A DNA stretch of 64,000 nt from Isurus oxyrinchus (GCA_026770705.1 JANJGN010000018.1:51584001-51648000), one strand, 5' to 3'; counted from the first letter of the stretch, positions 36,236 to 50,744 are shown. A program made the numbers and translations. The notes: generated by a model from the sequence alone, not told the origin.

Positions 36236-36767
36236 TCAAAATTACTAAAAAGATTTACTTTTCTAAACTAATAGCTAAGGTGGACCATTAATTAAGATTC
36301 CCCTCTCCACCCACACTGGGCTAATATGAGGGCTGTTTCCTGTTTGCTTTCATCATTTTGAGTTCTTATAGCTAGTCTCACCACAACATGCAGTGTAATC
36401 AGTATGACTTGAAACTTGCACCAGTGCAGATATTCACATGCTAGGGAAATTTATAAATTTAGAAAGGGAAACACACAATGAGTCACAGTCATAAAATTAC
36501 CTGATTCTGGAACACATTGAGGTAGGTGGCGTGCAGAAGCAAGAGAAGGGAGACCTCTTGATATGTCTCTACACCTACCCAAATGGCCTCCAGGGAATTG
36601 TAAAAGGTGGCCTGCCGAGGGAAATATGAGTCCTTCTTGAGTAAGCCCCTCCCTCTGAAACCACGTGGAACCCTCATATTAGTCCAGTGTGGGTGGAGAG
36701 GGGAATCTTAATTAATGGTCTATCTTAGCTATTAGTTTAGAAAAGTAAATCTTTTTGGTAATTTTGA
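36236..36767. repeat. 97-bp inverted repeat (36236-36332 / 36671-36767) with a ~340-bp spacer
   Basis: TCAAAATTACTAAAAAGATTTACTTTTCTAAACTAATAGCTAAG...CTAATATGAGGG and its reverse complement, with few mismatches. Confidence 0.9.
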
Positions 36768-38249
36768 GAAACCATTTGTATCATTTAAGCAGAAAGTGAT
36801 CCCCCCACAAAAATGTTCTAAGTGCTTTAAATTGCTTCATTTTTGTTTCTTGTTTGCTTTCATCATTTTGAGTTCCATATCTCTGATTTTTTTGTCATGG
36901 CAGTATACCTTCCTTTGCCTTGTCCCTCCAGGCTCTGCGTCGAGAGAGAGTTGGGTGTAGAGTTGTAAAAGGATTCGCATGCTATACAATGCCTGACAGG
37001 GGTTGTAGCATGTATGCTCCTTCTGTGGCCCCCACATTCATGTGAATTAGATGCTCTTTAATTCTTTTATAGCCTGATTCCATTTTCAACAATTGTTTAA
37101 ATTCTGTGGGTGTTAAATTGGTTAGCTCCCAAAACCGGGTGCAAGGATTGCAATGGACGATTAACCTGCTCCTGTTCAAAATGTAGTAGACAGCATTCAA
37201 ACTTCTCTGTTGCCTGCCAATTATAATTATTATATTATAATTATTGCAGTGTGCAGTCCAGCGCTGAATGCACTCTTCAGTGGTTGTATGGCTCATCACA
37301 GGTCTCAAGGTCTGGTAAAGCTATCCTGCATTACTTAAGACCAGACTACACATCTTAAAGGTGAGGGCCATTATGGCTGCAGCAGGGCTGAAACTGGCTG
37401 AAGAGAGACAAAGTATATAGAGAGATGGTACAACAGTCCAGAAAGTGTGCCCCAGGGTTCTCGGATGCTGTGTTGGAGGCTGTGGTGGAGGAAGTGTACA
37501 TGAGGAGAAAGGGCTTCTTCCCTCAGGGGACCAGAAGGCCCTCCAGAGAAGATGCTGAGAGCAGGGAGCTGTTGCAGTCAATGCCAGCAGTCTAGCTCTG
37601 AGAACTTGTATGTAATGCTGAAAGAAGGTTAATCTCACATGAGTGGCCAAGGTCAGCGAATGCATCATTATATGCCGTATCCTACCACTGCACCGACAGC
37701 CTCACATATTGCTCTATGCACCAAACCTTGAGAGCATTCATCGACCAAAAACTTCTTTCAGCTATAACTCATACTTCACATTCACAGTCCCATCTCATCC
37801 TCACACACTTAGCACTGTTGCCATTCACACCCTCATATTGCTAACTATTCAACTGTGGCAGGCACATCACCCAAACATAGTGCATTACACTCACTGACAA
37901 ATTTCCTCCTCTTTTGCTTGACAAGGTGTCACATAATAGGTGGCAGCAGCAGCAAACCAGCAAAGATCAGGCACAGCTGCATGTGTTTACCTCCATAAAG
38001 GGGACGGTACTGCAAAAATCTAAGGCGATGGGCAGCGCTGGAGCTGAAACCATTGAAGATGGTAGTATGCTCATAACCAATTCTCCTCATCCCGCATTCT
38101 CCTCATCACACAATCCCTTCGGATTTACAAACTACAGATGGTGTAACCATGCACATCTTGTGCTCCCTCACTGCCTCACCCAAAACTTGCTCTTGTACCT
38201 TTATGTTTTCAGATACTGGAAATCTGCTGTCCTTACCTGGTCTGGCCTG

Positions 38250-41200
38250 TGTCTGAAATGGCCTAGCAAGCCACTCAGTTGTATCAAACTGAGGCAGAAA
38301 AAATGACTAAGAATAAAATCATACTGACCACCTGGCATCAACCTAGGCATTGGAAACTACAAAGGTACAACTAGCCCTGTCAGCCTGGCAAAATCCTCTT
38401 ACAGCTCTAGACTTGTGTCAAGTTTGGGACAACAACAACAGCCTGACATAGTCATACTCATAAAATCATACCTTACAGCCAATGTCCCAGACTCCTCTAA
38501 CCCCATTCCTGGTTATGCTCTCTTCCACTGCAGGACGGATTCACCAGAGGTGGTAGCTCAGTTGTGTAAAGGGGTGGGAGTGGCTCTGGGAGCCCTCGAC
38601 ATTGACCGCAATCCCCATGAAGCCTTATGGCATCAGGTCGAACATGCGCAAGGAAACCCTCTGCTGGTAAGCACCTAGCACCCTCCCTAGCTGACGAATC
38701 AGTGCTCCTCCATGTTGATCACCACTTGGAAGAAGTGCTGAGGGTAGAAAGGCCACAAAATGTACTCTGGGTAGGGTATTTCAATGCCCATCACCAAGAG
38801 ATGCTCAGTAACACCAGCACTGACTGAGCCGGCCAAGCTCCCAAGTACATAACTGCCAGACTGAGTCTGTGTTAGATAGTGAGAGCCAACAGGAAGGGAA
38901 ACCTACCTGACCTTATCCTCACCAATCTGCTGTAGAGGCATCTGTCCATGACAGTATTGGTAGTAGTGACCATTGCACCTCATGCCCCAGCATATCGGCC
39001 TGGATTGTAGCCAAATTTGCTTGCGATACAAAGGTAAGTAGGAAAGCAAGTTGTGAGGAGAATACAAAAAGCTTGCAAAGCTTGCAAATAGATTAAGTGA
39101 ATAGGCAAAAATTTGGCAGATGGAGTATAATGTGGGAAAATGTGAGGTCATCCACTTTGGATTGGAAGAATAGAAAAGCAGATTATTTAAATGGAGCGAG
39201 ATTGCAGAATACTGTAGTACAGAGGGACCTGGGTGTCCTTGTACATGAATTACAAAAAGTCAGCATACAGGTACAGCAAGTGATTGGGAAGGCAAATGGA
39301 ATATTGGCATTTATTGGAAGGGGATGGAATAAAAAAGTAGGGAAATCTTGCTACGACAGAGTGTGGCATCAGGGAGTCCTAGCAAAATTAAAGTCAATAG
39401 GAACCAGGGGGAAAACTCTCTGCTGGTTGGAGTCATACCGAGCACAAAGGAAGATGGTTATGGTTGTTGGGGGCCAATCATCTCAGTCTCAGATATTGCT
39501 TCAAAGTTCTTCAGTGGAGTGTCCTCGGCCCAACCATTTTCAGCTGCTTCATCGATGACCTTCCTTCCATCATAAGGTCAGAAGTGGGGATGTTCGCTGA
39601 TGATTGCACAATATTCAGCACCATTTGTGACTCCTCAAATACTGAAGCTGTCTGTGACCTGGACAACATTCAGGCTTTGGCTGGAAGGTGACAAGAAGCA
39701 TTTGTGCCACAAAAGTGCCAGCAATCACCATCTCCAATAAAAGACAATCTAACCATTTCCCTTGACGTTTAATAGTGATGTGGTGTCTTTGATGAATGGA
39801 CCATAGGAGACTCAGGTACAAGTTATGATTGTTTATTTGAACAATTGCAAGGATGGCACTATCTCAATACAGCTTGAGACAGTACACTGCTAAACTACAA
39901 GTGTTCACCATTTTATACATTATTGGGCACGTACATGTAGGTTTACATTAAACAGACAAGTCTCTGGTACAAAGGTACATGCATCATCTGACCCTACTTT
40001 CACCCAGGCAGAGTCCCACCTTCCTATCTAAGCTGGGACTATCTGTCCTTCCCCCATCTGTTGAAGAGCACACTTAATCTATGTTATTGCCACCCCCTGA
40101 CTCCAGTCTAACAACCAGGACCTTGCCGGTGATTGCAAATCCTGAGGGTGTACAAACTTTGAGATTGTATAAGGTTCATCTGGAGTAACTGTTTAATTGC
40201 TGATTTACTGATTTGCGCTGGCCTGCCTATAGATTCTAATTTAAGTCATTCATTCCCTTATAATGAATTCTCCCTTACCATAAATTCTCATTTACTTTCT
40301 TCCCCATGATAATAGTATTACTATCACTGAATCTCCCACCATCAACATCCTGACTGTACAGAAACTGAACTGGACATATGAACATATGAACAAGGAGCAA
40401 AAGTAGGCCATTCAGCCTCTCATGTCTGCTCCACCATTTAATAAGATCATGGCAGATCTGAGTGTAACCTCAAATCTGCATCCCGCCTACCCCGATAACC
40501 TATCACTCCCTTGCTTACCAAGAAACTTTCTACCTCTGCCTCAAAAATATTCAAAGACTCTGCTTCTATCACCTTTTCAGGAAGAGAGTTCCAAAGACTT
40601 ATGACCCTCTGAGTGAACAAAGTTCACCTCATTTCTGTTTTAGATGGGCAACGCCTTATTTTTAAACAGTGACGCCTAGTTCTAGATTGACCCATAAGAG
40701 GAAACATCCTCTCCACATACACCCTCTCAAGACCCCTCAGGATCTTATATATATAAATACTGTGGCTGCAAGAGCAGGGCTATGAATTCTGTGGCAAGTA
40801 ACTCACCTCCTGACTCCCCAAAGCCTGTCCACCATCTACATGGCACAAGTCAGGATGCGGTCTCCTCTACATTGGAGAGACCAAACGTAAACTGGGAGAC
40901 CGCTTTGCAGAACAACTGCAGTCTGTCTGCAAGAATGACCCAAACCTCCCTGTCACTTGCCATTTTAACACTCCACCCTGCTCTATTGACCACATGTCTG
41001 TCCTTGGCTTGTTGCATTGTTCCAGTGAAGCCCAACGCAAACTGGAGGAACAACACCTCATCTTCCGACTAGGCACTTTACAGCCTTCCGGACTGAATAT
41101 TGAATTCAACAACTTTAGATCTTGAACTCCCTCCTCCATCCCCACCCCCTTTCTGTTTCTTCCCCCTTCCTTTTGTTTTTTCCAATAATTTATATAGATT

Positions 41201-42090
41201 TTTCTTTTCCCACCTATTTCCATTATTTTTAAATCTTTTATTCTACCCCCACCCCCACTAGAGCTATACCTTGAGTGCCCTACCATCCATTCTTAATTAG
41301 CACATTCGTTTAGATAATATCACCAACTTCAACACCTGTGTTCTTTTGTTCTTTTGTCTGTGACATCTTTTGATTATCTGCTCCTATCACTGCTTGCTTG
41401 TCCCTACAACCACACCACCCCCCTCCACTTCTCTCCCCCCACCCAACCCTCCCCCTCCCCCCAACACACCTTAAACCAGCTTATATTTCACCCCTCTCCT
41501 TGGATTCACCCAGTTCTGTTGAAGGGTCATGAGGACTCGAAACGTCAACTCTTTTCTTTTCTGCCAATGCTGCCAGACTTGCTGAGTTTTTCCAGATAAT
41601 TCTGTTTTTGTGATGGAATACTCGCCATTTGTCTGGATGAATCCATCAACACTCGAAGCTTAAATTGATCCAGGACAAAGCAGCTCACTTGATTGGCACC
41701 CCATCCATTGCCTTAAACAGTCACTCCCTCCACCACTGGCTATTGTAATCTTAAAATGCTCTGCAGAATCTCACCGGGATTACTTCAACAGTACCGTCCA
41801 AACCCATCATCTCTGCCACCTAGAAGAACAAGGGCAACAGATGCATGAAAATAATATCATCTACAAGTTCCCCAAGCCACACACCTTGATGGGGAATTAT
41901 ATCACCATTCCTTCACTATCGCTGGGTCAAAAATTTGGAACTCCCTTCCCAGTAGCACTATAGGCGTATGTACACCACATGGATTGCAGATGTTCAAGAA
42001 GGCAGCTCACCACCATCTACCCAAGGGCAGTTAGGGATGGACCATAATGCTGACCTTTCCAGTGGTGCTCACATCTCATGAGCAAATAAA
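38250..42090 (+). mobile_element. Cluster of CR1/L2-like LINE fragments with nested pieces
   Basis: EN-like PDIVIL..SYL...PGY and RT motifs DRVWHQG.L.KL and SVLGPTIFSCFIDDLPS...MFADD. An opposite-strand CR1 3' end lies at ~40370-40750. Confidence 0.75.
40853..41610 (+). mobile_element. Penelope-like element 3' fragment (partial GIY-YIG, 3' UTR, hammerhead motif 41512-41550)
   Basis: High similarity to the reverse complement of 12420-13165. The core reads CTGTTGA...GAAACGTC. No inverted arm. Confidence 0.9.
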
Positions 42091-45000
42091 AAAAAACTGC
42101 TGCATGATCTGCCATTGATAAAGGAGGCTGAAAGCCTAAAGGGTGAAGGGGCTGATCTGACATTTTCAAGCAGCAGCTCAGATATTGGCACTGTTTATAC
42201 TCTAGAAGGTTCTGAATGGGGTGAATCACTGGGAATGAGTTGTATACAGTCAGCACAGAAGGAAAGGACAAGGTTACATGAGTGCTGCTGCAGTGGACTC
42301 AGATGAGGACTTTGATTTGTCGGCATATAGAGAAAGGCTGATGGTTTTGCATATAGAAATGCTTTGTGCTTTGCCTGGCCTTCCAGAAAGTCTGTGGTCA
42401 CTCCAAAGGAGCATGGTGACATCAACTTGACATAGGGTTTTGTGTTGACTTGGAGCCCATCCTTTCCATGTGGAAGTGGTAGCCAACTCCATGGCAGCAC
42501 TTGTGGACTCAACCACAATTCAGCATCTCAGCTTTCACTGCAGCACAAACAGAAGCTCATTAATGTCTGAATGCTGCAGTGGAAGCTCAGGCTGAGGCCT
42601 CGACATTGAGATGCAATGCTTACAAGGCCACTTGTGCACAATTGATGGCACCTTGCACCATGAGAAAGTCCCATCTCCTTGCAAAGTCATGTTCACACTC
42701 CAAATGCCCTCTAATTAGAAAGAAGAAAGTAACATCCCTCTCCAGACATACAGAGTATCTGTCACCTCCTGGATGCACCAATGGGTGGCAAACTGTGAGA
42801 TGTTAGCATGTCACCTGTTCCAACATGGAAGAATCCCAAGCTGTATAAAGTTGAGGGCCATGGTTACATTCATCACAATTGGCAGTGCCGTCCTCACACA
42901 GCTCTGAGGCTGCAGGTTTGGTTCCAGAGTTCTGTGACTGCCTCATTTTGTGAATTACAGCTGCCAAATGCATTGCTTAGGTGGAGATAGGAAGAAGGGT
43001 CCTGAAAGACCCTGCTGGGCAAGGCCTCCTGCTGAGAGCCCTTCTTCCCTCTCTTACTGTGAGCAGCTTCTCTTCTGCTTTGCCGCTTCTGCAGCAACAT
43101 ATCTCTCTCATGCAGTAGCCCAAGAGTGATTGCTATTCTGGTACCAACAACTGATAGCAAATGTTATGCTCAGAGCCCTTGCAGCAGCAAGCAACATCTT
43201 ACTCACACACAGAACCACTCTCTGAAGTCTTCAGCGCCTTTAAGCAACTCCCCCAAATACCCAACACATCCACAAACTCAAGCAGAGCCAGTAGAAAGTA
43301 TTGAGTAACAAAGCTCCAATTTATTGATGATCACTTTAATAGCACTGGTGAATATTCCTTCCTGCTGCTGAAGGCATATGCAACTGCATGGATAAGAGGG
43401 GGCATTGACTAGAGTGGCTCAGTCCAAAATGAGAGCGGTGGTGTGAAACTAGCGTTAGCAGCTGACTAACATCATAATCTTCCTAGTCTATATACTTTCA
43501 GCGCAAGCTTGCAATGCTTGTGCCAATGTCCTTACCAGGCTGTGCTGGAATGCGTGAAAATGGAATATACACATTGCTTCCAAACCAGCGTCCAAAATAT
43601 TGAAGTTACCAGCATTACAGAGCCCAATTTTGCAACCTGGTTCCCTTTGTGTACCTTTTATGTTAACATAAAGTTTCTGAATATTTCTACTTAGACTTGC
43701 CAAGTATCCTATTCTCCTCTGGGTTCTTGTACTGTAATAGTAACATGCAATTTCTATATAATTTCGGGGGACTATGTATAGATGGAACAATTTATGAGTC
43801 ATTGTGACACTGTCAAATTAATCAGTTTAAAACTGGCTTGGACTGATATTTAAGCATTAAATCAAATTCATTTTGGTTCACTTCTAGAAAGCAAGTTTGA
43901 AAACATTTTTTTTGTCTGTGCACTGTCCTCCAACCCTTATTTCACAGACAATTCTCTAATGTGCAGCCAACCTTTCAACATTAAGAAACAGTTTTCTGAC
44001 TTGGCTAAAACCTGAGCATTTTGTAGCACAAAATTTTGCAACTTTCTTCAATCTCCAATTTCCCGGCATTCACTCAATTGCCCTTAGATAAATTCTAAGT
44101 CACACAGGCCTTTATCAAATTAAACCCAGCTTAATAGCTATAGTGCTCCAAATAATATTGGTTAGTTCACGTTATGGACAAGTCCTCAAAACGCAATAAT
44201 GCCCGAGCTGATAAATGTAAAAGCATGTAGGAATATCAATTAAAATGAAGTTAGATTACCATATCATTGACTAAATTATCAGCTAGTGTTTAGGCATATA
44301 TTATTAACTGACAGGTGCTAAAAGTGTCATGGTGGAAACATCATTTAAGTGTATCACAGTATTTCACCTTAGCTTGGCTTCATTTTATAAAGTCTAACAG
44401 TTTGTCTGAGAATCGTTGCAAGATTGCTTTACAGTTAAATTCCTTGTATAGCTAGCGGGATAACAGCTTTGAATTACAAGGATATTTTTCGTTAACATGT
44501 AACCATGTGTCCTGGGGCCAGTTGTGATGTATGTAGTTGGGTGGTTCTGTCTCCCTTTAGAACACTTGGATTTCTTTCTTGGACATCCATGGATACTTTC
44601 ATATCCATAGCATAGTATTCCTCTTCTCTTTCATCATCATCTTCTCTTCCTGGTGTAGCCAGCCTTATTCATTATCCCTCACTGAGTTATTACACTTTAC
44701 TTCTTGACTCCTTTTTCTCAGAAATGTGAACTGTTATCCAACAATGAGAGATATACTTTAAACATTGATGTTAAGAGTAAACTTGAAGTTTTTCAGGGAC
44801 ATTTTCTTGACTTTCAAGACATGTTTGAAAATCTATGACAAACTCCTAAGCCTTCTGAAACTTCCCAGATTCTTCCTTACAAAAATTTTGATGCGTGGCA
44901 GGGAAAAAAACAATTCACTTAATGAAGAAAAACTGTCTTTTCATACACATGTGCTATGTGACTAACCAAGCTTCATTTTACCTCATAGATTCATTTTAAG

Positions 45001-45679
45001 CCTCATTCCAATATAAATATGTAGGTCAGAGAATGATCTGAAAACCAGGCTGTCAGGGAAGACATTTGAATCCCATATTTATTGGCCCTCTAATAAAACT
45101 GTAATGAGCTAAGAGAATAACCTTGCAGTGATAACCCCAGATACTCCTTATCTGGGAAGATAAAATAGTTTACTTATTCAGTGGAATCACTTAGCTCCAA
45201 CCAATTAGTACCATTAATTGGAAGAAGCTGCTAAATCCAAATGTTCTTTGTTTGCTAATCTTTCTCACAGTGTTTGCTCACCCTTCCTAGAATTCTAGTA
45301 TTAACCTATTTGATTTTTCCAGACTTTAATAGTATGGTTTGAGAAAAAACATTTAATCTGCAACCTTATTGTAGGCAGTTTGCTGAAGTTGTGGTCCATG
45401 TATAGACCATATATAGTCCATAAATAGGCATAGATAGAAAGAAGGATGAGAACTGCCCACAGATCTTTGAGGGCTAGGAAAGAAATTAGCATGCAGGATC
45501 TCAAAATTGATGATCTCTGGATTACCCCTGCTGCTATATGCTAGTGGGCATAGACATGGGATATAGCGAGTGAATATATGGCTGGAGACCTGGTATATGT
45601 AAGAAGGCTTTAAATTCCTGGAGTATTGGAACCAGTTCTCGGGAGGGGAGACCTGTACAGACTGGACAGACTCACTGAA

Positions 45680-47090
45680 TCACAAAATCACAGAATGTTA
45701 CGGCATAGAAGGCGGCCATTTGACCTATTATGTCTTCACTGACTCTCTGAATGAGCATTATGACTTAGTGCCATTCTCCTGCCTTTTTCCAGTACCCTTG
45801 CATGTTGTTTCTATTCAAATAATCATCTAATACCCTCTTGAATGTCTCAATTGAACCTGCCTCCATCACACTTCTGGGCATTCCAGACTTGAACCGCTCG
45901 CTGTGTGAAAAAATTTTTTCTCACATCACGTTTGCTTCTTTTGCAAATCACTTTAAATCTATATCCTCTCAGTCTCGATCCTTTTACAAGCCGGAACAGT
46001 TTCTCCGTAACTACTCTATCCAGCCACCTCCTGATTTTGAACATCTCTAGTAAATGTCCTCTTAGCCTTCTCTCCAAGGAGAACAGTCCCAACCCCTTCA
46101 ATCTATCTTCATAACTGAAATTTCTCATCCCTGGAGCCTTGTAAATCTCTTCTGTACTCTCTCCAATTCGTTCACCCAGAACTGTACATAAATAAATACT
46201 CCAGCTGAGGTCTAACTAGTGTTTTATATAAGCTCAGCATAATCTCCCTGCTCTGGCACTCTATGCCCAGTATACATTATGCTTTATTAACTGCTCTCTC
46301 CACCTGTCCTGCAACCTGCGGTATTCTATGCACATATGCACCCAGGTCCTTTTGCTCGTGCATCCCCTTAAGAATTGTATCTCTTATTTTACATTGTCTC
46401 TCCATGTTATTCCTACTGAAATGCAGCACCTCACACTTCTCCGCATTGAACTTCAACTGCCACCTATCTGCCCACTCCACCAACTTGTCTATGTCCTTTT
46501 GAAGTTCTATATTGTCCTCACAGTTTACAATGTTTCAAAGTTTCAAATCATCTGCAAACTTTTAAATTGCCCCCTGCACACCAAGATTGAGATCAGTGAT
46601 ATGTATCAGGAAAAGCAAGGGTCCCAATACCAAACCCTGGGGGACTCCACTACAAACATTCCTCCAGCCAAAAAAATATCCATTAACTATTACCTTCTGT
46701 TGCCTATTATGCAGCCAATTTTGTATCCACATTGTTACTGTCCCTTTTATTCCATGAGCTATAACTTTTTTCACAAGCCTGTTGTGTGGCACTGTATTGA
46801 ATGCCTTTTGAAAGTCCATATACACCACATCAACATTATTACCCTCATCAACCCTCTCCCTTACCTCTTCAAAAAACTTCTGGAAGTTTGTTGAACACAA
46901 TTCCCACTTTAGAAATCCATGCTAGCTCTTCCTAAGCAACCCACATTTTTCCATATGACTATTAATTCTATCCCAAATAATTGTCTCAAGAAGCTTCCCC
47001 ACCAATGAAGCGACACTGACTGGTCTGTAGATGCTAGGCTTATTCTTACAACTGTTTTGAACAAGGGCATAATGTTTGCAATTCACGAAA
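45680..47090 (-). mobile_element. CR1 LINE RT/3' fragment
   Basis: Motifs YRPVS..SLVGKLLE, VYMDFQKAF..VPH.RL, SGVPQGLVLGPLLF and WQLKFNAEKCEVLHF. Confidence 0.9.
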
Positions 47091-47099
47091 AGTACATAA

Positions 47100-50000
47100 A
47101 AAGAGCTGGAAACAATATCTAGCATACTATTTTTCGGGATGGTTTGCTAGTGCTATTGGGAGCGTTTAAACTAAGTAGAAGTAAACTGGTAGAAGGATTG
47201 GAATCCAAAAGGTAACATTAGAGAGGAAAGACAAAACACACAAAGAATTGGGAGAGACACAGAGCCTTAGAGTTAGAAATTATGAAGTATTAGGTGGAGT
47301 CAGAGTAAGATAAATGCATCTGTGAGAATGCATAGAGTCTGGGAAATAAGGTTGGTGAGCTGCAGGTACACCTAGTCGCTTGGGAATATGTTGGGCTGAG
47401 TATTAAATATTCCTGCATACAAGGTGTTCATGAATGATAGGGAATGAAAGAAAGGAGGAGAGATGACAGTTGATTATGGAGAATATTATGCTGGAGAGAG
47501 AGAATGTCCTGGAGAGGTCAATAGAATTTATTTGGTTAGAGATAAGAAACCTGAGAGGTACAATTACATTACTGGGTGTATTCTATAGGCCACCAACCTT
47601 TTAAAAAATTCTTTCATCGGATGTGAGCATTACTAGCAAGGCCACCTTTTTTGCCCATCCCTAATTGCCCTTGAGATGGTCATGGTGAGCTGCCTTCCTG
47701 AACCGCTGCAGTTCATCTGGTTAGGTATTCCCATAGTACTGTTTGGAAGGGAGTTCCATGTTATTGACCCAGTGATGTTAACTCTCACTTTCCAAGACCA
47801 CAAAGGAAAGAATGGCTATAGACAGGTTCGCTGACATCCAGGGAATTGTATGTCAACACTCAGTGCAATGATCTCTGCAGTGATATTCATGCCAAGTTTT
47901 GATTGCAATATTTACAAGACCCAGGCATTGAAAGTTATTTTTTAAAATTGTTTTTGGGATATGACATCGATAGCAAGGCTAACATTTTTTTGGTCATCCT
48001 TAATTACTCTTGAGAAGATGGTAGTAAGCTGTCACCTTGAACCGCTCCAATCCGTCAGGTATAGGTGCATCCACAATGCTTCTTAGGATCTTGGTCCAGC
48101 ATCAGTAAAGGAACAGCAATATAGTTCCAAGCCAGGATGGTGTGTGACTTGGAGGGACACTTGGAGGTGGTGGTGTTCCCATGTGTTAGCTGTTCTTGTC
48201 CTTCCAGTTTGTAGAGGTTGTGGGTCTGAAAGGTGTTGTTGAAGGAGGTTGATGAGATGCTGCAGTGTACCTTGTATATGGTAAACACTGATGTCACTGT
48301 GCACCAATGGACAACTAATGGGAAAGATACACAGCAGAGGAACAAATTCATGAAAATTGCATAGAGCTGCCAAAGATATAATGTGGATCTTTAAATATCC
48401 TAATATAGATTGGGATAATAATGATTTAGAGGGCAGAGAGTGGGGAGGATTTCTGAAGTGTGTTCAAGAGGATTTTCTAGATCAATATATTTCCAGCCCA
48501 GTGACGAAGGAGGCATTGCTGGATCAGGTTCTGGGGAATACAGTGTGTCAAGTGAATCAAGTGCAATGAGGGAACATTTAGGAGAACGTGATCATAGTCA
48601 CATATTAGCTATGGAACAGGACAAGGAGCAATCCAGAGTAAAATTATTTAATTGCAGGAGGGCCAATTTCAATGGCATGTGAATAGATCTGGACCAAGCA
48701 AATTGGAATCAAAGACTAGCAGACAAATATATAATAGAACAATCATCTGCCTTTAAAGAGGAGATAGTTTGGATACAGTTGAGCTACATTTCAATGAGGA
48801 AAAAGATTAGGATGAACAAATGCAGAGACAAAAGAGAAAGAGAATAAAATGAAGTGCACACAGGGTGCAGATGACAGATGTCAGGTGGACTATACAAGTG
48901 AAAGTACAAAGATTAGATGGGAACTGCAAAAAGAAATAAGAACAGCAAAGGTAAAGTATGAGAAGAGACCATCAGCTAACATAACAGGGAACCCAAACAT
49001 CTATATGTAAATAGTAAAAGAGTGGTAAAAAGAGGAGTGGGGCTGATTAGGAACCAAAAAAGAGATTTATGCATGGAGGCAGAGAGCATGGCTGAGGCAC
49101 CAAACTGCACCTTGGGTTGGAAAAAGGATCAGGCCAGCAACTAAAGGCCTTTCAATTTAACTTCAGAAAGCTTTTAAAAATGGCAAAATTAATGGTCATT
49201 TGGACAATTGTGGATGATTAGGGCAACTTAGCATGGATTTGTAAAGAGTACATTATTTTTAACTAACTTGACTGAATTTTATGATGAGGTAACAAAGAAG
49301 GTTGATCAGGATAATATGGTTGATGTGGTGTACATGGACTCCTAAAAGACACCTGATAATGTGCCATATGGCAGGCTTGTCAGCAAACCAACAGCCCACT
49401 GAATAAAATGGACAGTGGTTGCATGAGTACAAATTAGGCTGAGTGATAGAAAATAGAGAGTAGTGATGAACTTATTTCTCAGACAGAAGGGAAGTAAACA
49501 GGAGGACTCCTGAGGTCTGTATTAGGACCACTGCTTTTCTTAATAGATGTTAATGACCTAGAGCCAAATATCCAGGTCACAATTTCAAAATTTGCAGATG
49601 ACACAAAACTAGAAGTTATGTGAATTGTAAAAAGTATAGTGATAGCCTTCAAGAGGCAGCATAGTGCACTGTGTGGACAAGAAGCAGATGAAATGTCATG
49701 CAGAGAAGTGTGTAATGATACATTTTGGAGAAGCAATATAAGCTAAAGGGTACTATTCTAAAGGGAGTACAGGAGCAGAGGGAACTGGGGTTTATGTGCA
49801 CAGATTGTTGAAGGTGGCAGGGTTGGATGAGAAAGTGGCTAAGTGGCATATGGGATCCTGGACTTTATAAATAGAGCAATAGAGTGCAAAAACAAGGAAG
49901 TTATGGGGCACTTTTATAAAACACTGGTTCTGCCTCACCTGGAGTATTCAGTCCAATGTTGGAGTCTGCACTGTAGGAAGTATGTGAAGGCATTTGATAG

Positions 50001-50200
50001 ATGCAAAAACAATTTATGACAATGGTTCAGGAAGGTGGGACTTCAGTTACATGGATAGATTGGAGATGCTGGAGCTGTTCTCTTTGGAGAGGAGAAAATT
50101 GAGAGGAAATTTGATGGCGAATCAAGATCAGGAAGGGCCTGGACATAGGAAAAGCAGCTCCCATTAGCGGGAAGGTCAAGAACCAGAGGACACTGATTTA
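47100..50200 (+). mobile_element. Degenerate CR1 LINE (EN to 3' region) with an opposite-strand LINE tail nested at ~47600-48310
   Basis: Remnants G.FYRPP, FKYPNIDW, FL.CVQE.FLDQY, ALLD.VLGN, SVLGPLLFLIDVNDL, SKFADDTKL and PHLEY. Confidence 0.8.
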
Positions 50201-50744
50201 AGGGGCTGAGGTTTAAGCTCCTTGGGGTCAAGCTTGCTGAAGGGAGGCTTGTAAAGTTGGGTGCAATGCCATTGGTATCTTTCCCAGTACCTAGCCACCA
50301 CCCTCGACCTCACTGCAATTTTACAGACTCTGGGGGAGGCGTTGGGAGGCCGATGGGCAAATTGAAGCCCTTAAAGTAGCAGTTAATGGAATCCAAGCAG
50401 TGGCCCCTGCTCCTGAGGGTACTGCTGCGACCTGAGTGCTGTTGGCCATTTGATTAGTAGCAAACAGCATTAGGGTCTGTAATGAACCCAATTAGCTGGT
50501 TCTCGGTGACCTACCTGCCTGGATAGCGGAGATTTAAACTAGATAGTGCTGAGCCTCATGGCCCCTGACATTGCGAGGTTACATTCAGTCAAATGGGCAG
50601 CTGCAGGTTTCTAATATCTGATTCAACCACTGACTAGATGGTTTTGATTGAGATTGTTATACCTAACTTGACTTAGCTTTTTATCACTGTTAAAGACTGT
50701 TACAGTGAAGATACACATCAATGTTGCATTTGAAATGGGACAAT

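Larger units (their letters stand above)
37300..43450. mobile_element. Old fragmented Harbinger (Myb-like on +, transposase N-terminus on -), split by LINE and PLE insertions
   Basis: On + near 37450-37650: (P)RFSDAVLEAVVEEV-like and C.KKVN-like segments with a |gtcag donor. On - near 42740-42900: TALP..V.MALNFY..G.F...GD...SQFA.H..IQEVTD (HARBI1 N-terminus). Boundaries are approximate. Confidence 0.6.

Noticed and set aside
12432-41599. Recurrent short ORFs ending ...HEDSKRQLFSSPPMLPDLLSFSR
   Set aside because: These are translations of the non-coding Penelope terminal repeat, not a peptide gene family.
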